This document shows positions 19,311-24,797 of a stretch of 28,279 nucleotides of DNA, in pieces. Origin of the DNA: Chlamydiota bacterium. GTDB lineage: Bacteria > Acidobacteriota > Terriglobia > Terriglobales > Acidobacteriaceae. Under the pieces are notes generated by a model. It saw nothing but the letters and a program-made list of their open reading frames with translations, had not been told where the DNA came from and did not search any database. Location of the stretch: assembly GCA_050257615.1 (NCBI GenBank), contig JBLMXE010000103.1:1-28279 (forward strand), read 5' to 3'. Made by a program: the position numbers and the translations under genes. Numbering within the stretch: the stretch's first letter is position 1; every line of letters begins with the position of its first letter.

Positions 19311-20048
19311 ATGAATGTCGTTCCCCGCAGACCTGCAGTGCTGGTCGCCTGCTTGCTGATAGGGTTGCGCATGGCCGCCTTTGCCGGCCAGGCGCCCGCC
19401 TCTGCTCCGCTTGCCGGGGCCGCCATCACCGCCTGGAAGGGAAATGTTCAACTGCAGTTGCCCGGCCAGGCTGCCTCCGCCCCCCTTCGCCACCAGACTC
19501 TTCCCGCCGGAACCCTGCTCGACACCGGCAAAGGGCGGCTGGTGCTGCAACTGGAGGATGGCAGCCAGGTCCTGGTCGCGCCCCACACGCGCCTCATCCT
19601 GGAACAGCCCGCGATCGGCAATTGGCAGTATCTGCAACTTCTGCTGGGCAGGATTGTAGCCAAGGTCACAAAGAGGACCGTAGGAGCGCCTTCCTTCCAG
19701 CTAGGCACGCCCACCGCCGTAATTTCCGTTCGCGGCACCCAGTTTGAAGTCGAAGTCAATCGCCACAATGTGACGGAGGTGGATGTTTTCGAAGGTTTGG
19801 TGGAAGTGGCGGGCGCGGGCAACCGCGGTCCCTCCATGCTTCTGCAGCCGGGTTTTTCCACCCGCGTCGGCCCCGACTTCATGCCCGAATCACCGCGCCC
19901 GACCGACGACATCCGACCGGAAGTGGAAAGGCCGCGGCAGGAAAGCGAATGGGAGTGGCGAGATCACGAATTCGAGAGGGAGCGTACCGAAAGGGAACCC
20001 ACCGAGCCGGCGGAAAGCAGCCAGCCCGAAGTTGAAAAGCCCGACTGA
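19311..20048 (+). CDS. FecR-domain protein, secreted
   Basis: GGAGGA RBS before ATG 19311. Signal peptide, FecR signature (DTGKG..LQLEDGSQV.V.P.T; LGTPTAVISVRGTQFEV; VDVFEGLVEV), and an acidic/charged low-complexity tail. Confidence 0.85.
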   Translation: MNVVPRRPAVLVACLLIGLRMAAFAGQAPASAPLAGAAITAWKGNVQLQLPGQAASAPLRHQTLPAGTLLDTGKGRLVLQLEDGSQVLVAPHTRLILEQPAIGNWQYLQLLLGRIVAKVTKRTVGAPSFQLGTPTAVISVRGTQFEVEVNRHNVTEVDVFEGLVEVAGAGNRGPSMLLQPGFSTRVGPDFMPESPRPTDDIRPEVERPRQESEWEWRDHEFERERTEREPTEPAESSQPEVEKPD

Positions 20049-20135
20049 GGCGCGCCTCAAGCCGATCTCCCAGGACCTCTGCAACACAAACGAGCGCCGG
20101 GTCAATCGCGCACTTGGCCGGCGCTATAGCAGTCA

Positions 20136-20172
20136 TTGAATGATACACATAAAAATGAGATACTTACACATA
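20136..20172 (+). promoter_or_regulatory. sigma70-type promoter of vapBC with a repeated octamer
   Basis: TTGAAT (20136-41), 17 nt, TGn-GATACT (20156-64). TACACATA occurs at 20144-51 and 20165-72. Confidence 0.55.
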
Positions 20173-20188
20173 GAGGTTCTTTGCATAG

Positions 20189-20392
20189 ATGCGCACCAAC
20201 ATTGACATTGATGACCGCTTGATGCGGCAAGCCATGAGGTGCAGCCAGGCGCCGACAAAGCGGGCGGCGGTGGAAGCCGGGCTGCGACTGCTGATTCAGA
20301 CTCGCGCTCAGGCCGGTATTCGCCGCTGGCGTGGCAAAATCCGATGGCAGGGTGATTTGAACATCTCGCGCACAAGCCGCGTTTCGGAGTAG
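20189..20392 (+). CDS. vapB: type II toxin-antitoxin antitoxin, VapB family
   Basis: MRTNIDIDDRLMRQAM...TKRAAVEAGLRLL...RGKIRWQGDL..SR signature, directly upstream of a PIN gene. Confidence 0.9.
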   Translation: MRTNIDIDDRLMRQAMRCSQAPTKRAAVEAGLRLLIQTRAQAGIRRWRGKIRWQGDLNISRTSRVSE

Positions 20393-20400
20393 CACACTGC

Positions 20401-20838
20401 GTGGTGATCGTGGACACAACCGTTTGGGTTGACTATCTGCGGGGTGTGGAGAATTCTGAAACTGACTGGCTGAACCTTGAACTCGGCCGCCAGCGTCTGG
20501 GATTGACAGACTTGATCCTCTGTGAAGTCCTCCAGGGCATTCGCGACCCGGCTGCCTTTTCCCGCGTACTGCGCGAACTGCGCAAATTTGAGGTGTTTGA
20601 GACGGGCGGGGTGGAGCTGGCTGTCGCCGCCGCTGAGAATTTCCGCAAGCTCCGCGAACGGGGCCGCACAGTTCGCAAGACCATCGACTGCTTAATTGCC
20701 ACCTTCTGCCTTCGCGGCCGGCATTCTCTGCTGCACCGGGATCGCGACTTCGATCCATTCGAACAGATGCTCGGTCTTCCTGTGATTCACCCGCATCGGC
20801 CCGGGCAGGGAGCAGAGCCCTCCTTAGTCAAGCAATAA
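20401..20838 (+). CDS. vapC: PIN-domain ribonuclease toxin, VapC family
   Basis: IVDTTVWVDY, CEVLQG, RKTIDCLIA and LLHRDRDFD supply the four PIN acidic positions. GTG start. Confidence 0.92.
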   Translation: MVIVDTTVWVDYLRGVENSETDWLNLELGRQRLGLTDLILCEVLQGIRDPAAFSRVLRELRKFEVFETGGVELAVAAAENFRKLRERGRTVRKTIDCLIATFCLRGRHSLLHRDRDFDPFEQMLGLPVIHPHRPGQGAEPSLVKQ

Positions 20839-20882
20839 CTGTCAATAAACCAATAGGTTACAGAAAAAACTGACGCAGGGCA

Positions 20883-20941
20883 TTGACAGCCCGACCTGCA
20901 CATAATACAGTGCAACACCGTTGCACAGATTACGGTGCAAC
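20883..20941 (+). promoter_or_regulatory. sigma70 promoter overlapped by two tandem dyad repeats
   Basis: TTGACA (20883-88), 17 nt, TACAGT (20906-11). The 20-mers TGCACATAATACAGTGCAAC (20897-916) and TGCACAGATTACGGTGCAAC (20922-41) are 17/20 identical, each TGCAC-N8-GTGCA. Confidence 0.7.
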
Positions 20942-20971
20942 CGCCGGGATCTCTTTTGCCAGTGAGCGGTT

Positions 20972-21298
20972 ATGAAGGATGTGTACGAGGTTCTACGCCA
21001 GAAGGAGCGCGAAGCCGAGCGCGTCCGCCAGGAAATCCTGGCGCTTCGCTTGGCCACCCCCCTGCTGGCCGACACGCCCGCTCCTGCAACAGGGCCATCC
21101 GCCGCACCGGCGCCACCAAGCGGCGAGCAAGTCGGGCAATGGAAAGAGGCGCTTCGTGTTGCTGCTCCGCTGCTCGCGGACCCAGAGGATGATCTGATCT
21201 CCACCTTGCGGGCCCGGACAGGAACTGAAGCGGCAAAGGGAAAGTGGAAACCTTCTCTCGCCCTGAAGCTGATCGGATTTTCTCCCTTCCGGCCCTGA
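20972..21298 (+). CDS. small hypothetical protein with an N-terminal coiled coil and an internal repeat
   Basis: MKDVYEVLRQKEREAERVRQEILALRLATPLLAD...EALRVAAPLLAD. Lies behind a clear promoter. Confidence 0.7.
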   Translation: MKDVYEVLRQKEREAERVRQEILALRLATPLLADTPAPATGPSAAPAPPSGEQVGQWKEALRVAAPLLADPEDDLISTLRARTGTEAAKGKWKPSLALKLIGFSPFRP

Positions 21299-21320
21299 GT
21301 ACGATCCAGGCCGGTGTTCC

Positions 21321-21352
21321 GAAAAAGAAAAAGCCGCGCGCAAGTCAACGGC
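21321..21352 (-). terminator. possible intrinsic terminator of the sulfur operon
   Basis: Minus strand GCCGT...GCGGC short stem followed by TTTTTCTTTTTC. The stem is weak. Confidence 0.4.
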
Positions 21353-21367
21353 AGCTGTAGTCCGTGG

Positions 21368-22030
21368 CTACGAACAGCCGCCGCCCAGGCGCAGCTTCTT
21401 CTCCGGCTTTTTTCCCTGCGGCGGTTGCTGGCTGGCGGGCAGAGGCGGAGGCGCAACCTGCGGCGCTGCGGTTCCCGCGGTCGCCGGCGCCACTCCGCTG
21501 AAGTAGGCGCGCAGCTGCCTGGCCTGCTGGTAGCCGGCCGGCGACTCGGTTGCAGAGCGCAGGCTGGTGGGCGTCATCACGTTCTCCCACCAGGCCGAGA
21601 TCCCTTCCCGCAGCGAGTAAGCCTTGTAACCTTTGAGGCTGAGCAGAAGCTGTGTCTGGGCGGCATGGCCGGCCCCCAGCCCGTATACCACCACCTTCTT
21701 TTCCCGCGAGAGCTTCTTGAGGTCGTCTGCCTGGAACAGCTGCGGCAGAGGCATGTTCACAGCCGTAGGAATATGATAGTCGTCGAATTGCCAGGGCTGG
21801 CGGATATCAATCAGCTGGTAATCCTGGCGTTTCTCCATGATCCAGCGCGCCAGTTCCAGTGGAGTCACGTGATCTTTCTCTTCCGCCATGTTCTGCGCCA
21901 CGGCCGCAGCATCCATGGGGAGCGCAGCGGTGCCGTGGGCAATGGTGGTCAGCAGCGCGATCAGGAGCCCAAGAAAAACGGCCGCAATGGCGGCCAGACG
22001 CTTTCCCGTCAGAACAAACTCTCGTCTCAT
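21368..22030 (-). CDS. membrane-anchored rhodanese-fold protein with a C-terminal GGGCS tail
   Basis: N-terminal hydrophobic helix and rhodanese motifs (LIDIRQPWQFDDYHIPTAVN; KKVVVY; SLREGISAW). Pro/Ala-rich linker, ends KKLRLGGGCS. ATGA overlap with the upstream gene and AGGAG RBS. Confidence 0.88.
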   Translation of the reverse strand: MRREFVLTGKRLAAIAAVFLGLLIALLTTIAHGTAALPMDAAAVAQNMAEEKDHVTPLELARWIMEKRQDYQLIDIRQPWQFDDYHIPTAVNMPLPQLFQADDLKKLSREKKVVVYGLGAGHAAQTQLLLSLKGYKAYSLREGISAWWENVMTPTSLRSATESPAGYQQARQLRAYFSGVAPATAGTAAPQVAPPPLPASQQPPQGKKPEKKLRLGGGCS

Positions 22031-22647
22031 GGCATCTCCTTCCTGACGAGTTTGCCATAAGTCCGGCCATATGAATCCCAGGAAGTTTCGCAGCGCTCGC
22101 CTGCCCAGAAGGCTCCCAGGGCTATGACTACGATGGCCAGCACCACCAGTCCCACGTTTAAGTCGAGCCAGAGGGGCAGCGTCAAAGCGCCCATGGAACC
22201 GGAGACATTAAACCGGCTGAAATTCGGCAGCTCCGCCCCAAACACAAAGATTCCCAGAAAGATCCCGACAATAAAGAAGAGCGCGTCCAGCTTGCCGATG
22301 GCGGCCGCCACCATCGAAGTGCCGGGACAATATCCGCCCACGATGAACCCGCTGCCCAGCAGCAGCCCGCCCACAATCTGCGGCCACAGAAAGGTCGGCG
22401 GCACATAGACCTGGCTCATGTCCAGCCAGCCCGCCACACCCAAATACGCAAGGCCCAGCATGGCTACCACGATGGCGGTGAACATCACCTTCAATACGGC
22501 GAAGTCTTTCAGATAGAACTGAGCCGTCAATTTACGCGCGCTGGAGAAGCCGGCCCGCTCCAGGAAAAAGCCGAAGAAGAATCCCAGCCCCACCGACACC
22601 ACCAGGTAGGTTGCCGTCGAAAAGGAAGCAGCGTAGGGAGCATTCAT
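22027..22647 (-). CDS. YeeE/YedE-family (TsuA-like) sulfur-compound transporter half
   Basis: LGFFFGFFLERAGF, LKVMFTAI, GGLLLGSGFIVGGYCPGTS signature. ATG 22647 has a GGAGG RBS and overlaps the upstream TGA (ATGA). Confidence 0.9.
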   Translation of the reverse strand: MNAPYAASFSTATYLVVSVGLGFFFGFFLERAGFSSARKLTAQFYLKDFAVLKVMFTAIVVAMLGLAYLGVAGWLDMSQVYVPPTFLWPQIVGGLLLGSGFIVGGYCPGTSMVAAAIGKLDALFFIVGIFLGIFVFGAELPNFSRFNVSGSMGALTLPLWLDLNVGLVVLAIVVIALGAFWAGERCETSWDSYGRTYGKLVRKEMP

Positions 22648-24035
22648 AGCCAAAACCTCCGCAGGAAGTAAGCGCCCGCAAAGCCGGCGGCAAACACACT
22701 GAGCATGAAAGCGAAGGCGCCCACGGAGAGCACCGCGCCTCCGGAGAGCGCCAGCCCGCTGGTGCAGCCGCGGGCCAGGCGCGCGCCCAGTCCGGTCAGG
22801 ATGCCCCCGCCCAGCGCCAGCGCATAACGGGTGGTGGCGCTGATGCGCGGTCCCTTGTCCACCGCCAAACGCGTGCGGTGCGCCAGCCAGCCGGAAACGA
22901 AGCCGCCCAGGGCCGCGCCGATTAACTCGAATACCAGAAAGTCAATCAGGGGCGACTGGCCGGGCTGAAGGTAATTGCTCCAGTAGGCGTTCGAGTTCGC
23001 ATAGCCTGGCGCGATCCAGGAGAGGAAGGCAACCAGGTAGCGGGTGAACCCGCCCGAGGCGCCCAGGCCCTGTCCCATAATCACAAAGGTGAGCAGCAGC
23101 GTGACGCCCAGCCCAAATCCGGCGGCATAGGGCGGCCAGTATCCCGGCTGGCGAAACACGCGCGTCAGCAAGCCCGGAGCTGCCGGCGCTGCTCCCCTCG
23201 TTTCCTCAGGAACTGCAGTTTCCGGCATCGCGGCCCTGGCCACGACCGTGCCGTTGGCCTGCGCCAGTTCCTCTTCAATCCCTTGTTCCCACTCCGCTTC
23301 GCGCATCTTCATCTCCCTCCACCATTTGAAGTGATGGCGGTAGGCGTACAGTTCATTGACCGTTCCGGTAATCATGGAGAAGAAGGCCGGTTTCTCCTCA
23401 GGGAAAACCGCGCCCATGTACACGTGAATCATCAAGCCCGAGACCACCATGCCCACCGCCACGAAGTGGAGCACTACGGCAAAACCGACTACCGTGGTGC
23501 TGATCAGGTGGAAGCTCATGACCAGACCCGTGGCCATAATCAGCGGAATCATGGCATAGACCATAAGGGCGAACATCTTCTGGCCGGCGTTGTAGACGCC
23601 CTGAGGTGGCAGATGTTCTTGTGTACGCCGCAGCAGCCGCAGGGTGCGGATTTTGAGCCACCGAAAATCGTCGCGGTCCAGGCCAATTTCCCGTTGCAGA
23701 ACTTGTTTCGCCAGGTAGGTGCGGAAGCCAAAGGTCCCGTACACCAGGAAAACCGCGATCCATACCAGGCCGACGGTGATGTGGAAGCGCAGCATGTCGG
23801 CGCGCGTGCCGAAGAAGCCCTGGATCAGGTTGATATACCAGTAAGGCACAATGCGGAAGTGCGGCGAGGAGATGAGGGCTGTCCCCGTCGCCAGCTCCGC
23901 CAGCCACACGGTGGCATTGAACCAGTGCAGCAGCATGATGGCCACATGGTGCTTCTTGATTTGCCGCTGCGCCATGGCTTCCGCTTGCTGCCCGCTGAGG
24001 GCAACCGGCTTCATCGGCAAATTGCTGGTGACCAT
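22644..24035 (-). CDS. fusion of an FdnI/PhsC-type di-haem cytochrome b and a YeeE/YedE transporter half
   Basis: N-terminal part: LLHWFNA, FHITVG, PPQGVYNAGQK, VLHF-x-MIHVYM with His residues 14 apart, SMITGTV..AYRHH..W. Then a charged and Pro/Ala linker. From residue ~299: YWPPYAAGFGLG, GLGASG, GGFVSG, GARLARGCTSGLALSGG. Single uninterrupted frame with a GAGGAGG RBS. Confidence 0.9.
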   Translation of the reverse strand: MVTSNLPMKPVALSGQQAEAMAQRQIKKHHVAIMLLHWFNATVWLAELATGTALISSPHFRIVPYWYINLIQGFFGTRADMLRFHITVGLVWIAVFLVYGTFGFRTYLAKQVLQREIGLDRDDFRWLKIRTLRLLRRTQEHLPPQGVYNAGQKMFALMVYAMIPLIMATGLVMSFHLISTTVVGFAVVLHFVAVGMVVSGLMIHVYMGAVFPEEKPAFFSMITGTVNELYAYRHHFKWWREMKMREAEWEQGIEEELAQANGTVVARAAMPETAVPEETRGAAPAAPGLLTRVFRQPGYWPPYAAGFGLGVTLLLTFVIMGQGLGASGGFTRYLVAFLSWIAPGYANSNAYWSNYLQPGQSPLIDFLVFELIGAALGGFVSGWLAHRTRLAVDKGPRISATTRYALALGGGILTGLGARLARGCTSGLALSGGAVLSVGAFAFMLSVFAAGFAGAYFLRRFWL

Positions 24036-24044
24036 GGCTCCTCC

Positions 24045-24779
24045 TCAGTCCTCAAAATCCTTTTCCCCGGTTTTCAGCTGACGGAAAAATGCGATCGCCT
24101 GGCCCAGGAAGGTGGCTCCCACCGCAGCCAGCACCAGTGGCTTCAAAAACCGGTCCCACATAGCGCCAGCTGCCAGCAGCGTGGGTTTGTGCGGCGGAAA
24201 CGTGGCCAGCACCAGGTCCACATGTTCCTGCTTGCCCAGGTAGTACACATTCGGGCCGATGGCGACGTCCGAGGTTTCCAGGCGGCGCGCGCCCTCCTCA
24301 TACACCATCCGGAACACATCGCTGCTGGAGTCTTCCAGGTTGCCGAAAAACTTGGCATGCGCGGTACAAGTTGTGACGCAGATGGGAAGCTGTCCGCGTT
24401 CCAGGCGCGCCGAACAGAAATCACACTTATCCACCTTGTTGATGGCTGGGTTGAGATAGCGGGCGCCGTATGGACAGGCGTCCACGCAGTAGCCGCAGCC
24501 AATGCACAGGGTGTGGTCCACCTTCACAATTCCGCTCGCTTCATCCTGGTAAGTGGCCCCGGTCGGGCAGGGCGCGATGCACGCTGGCCGGTCGCAGTGG
24601 TTGCACTGCGCCACGTAGAAAGTGGAGAGCAAACGGGGAAAAGTTCCGGCAATGCCGGTGAAGCGGATGTGGGTGCGCGCGTAGCCTGCCGGTACCTCCC
24701 ACTCCGAGTTGCAGGCCACGGTGCAGGCCTGGCAGCCCACGCACTTCCTCAAATCCACGACCATGGCGTAACGTGGCAT
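24045..24779 (-). CDS. psrB: 4x[4Fe-4S] electron-transfer subunit (PsrB/PhsB/NrfC family) with a C-terminal membrane helix
   Basis: CVGCQACTVAC, CNHCDRPACIAPCP, CIGCGYCVDACP, KCDFC..CVTTC. Hydrophobic tail PLVLAAVGATFLGQAIAFF. Confidence 0.9.
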   Translation of the reverse strand: MPRYAMVVDLRKCVGCQACTVACNSEWEVPAGYARTHIRFTGIAGTFPRLLSTFYVAQCNHCDRPACIAPCPTGATYQDEASGIVKVDHTLCIGCGYCVDACPYGARYLNPAINKVDKCDFCSARLERGQLPICVTTCTAHAKFFGNLEDSSSDVFRMVYEEGARRLETSDVAIGPNVYYLGKQEHVDLVLATFPPHKPTLLAAGAMWDRFLKPLVLAAVGATFLGQAIAFFRQLKTGEKDFED

Positions 24780-24797
24780 TGTCCAACCTCAACCCGG

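Noticed and set aside
20093-20125. Hairpin AGCGCCGG/CCGGCGCT after the FecR gene
   Set aside because: Could be a terminator but lacks a U-tract. Not enough support to call.
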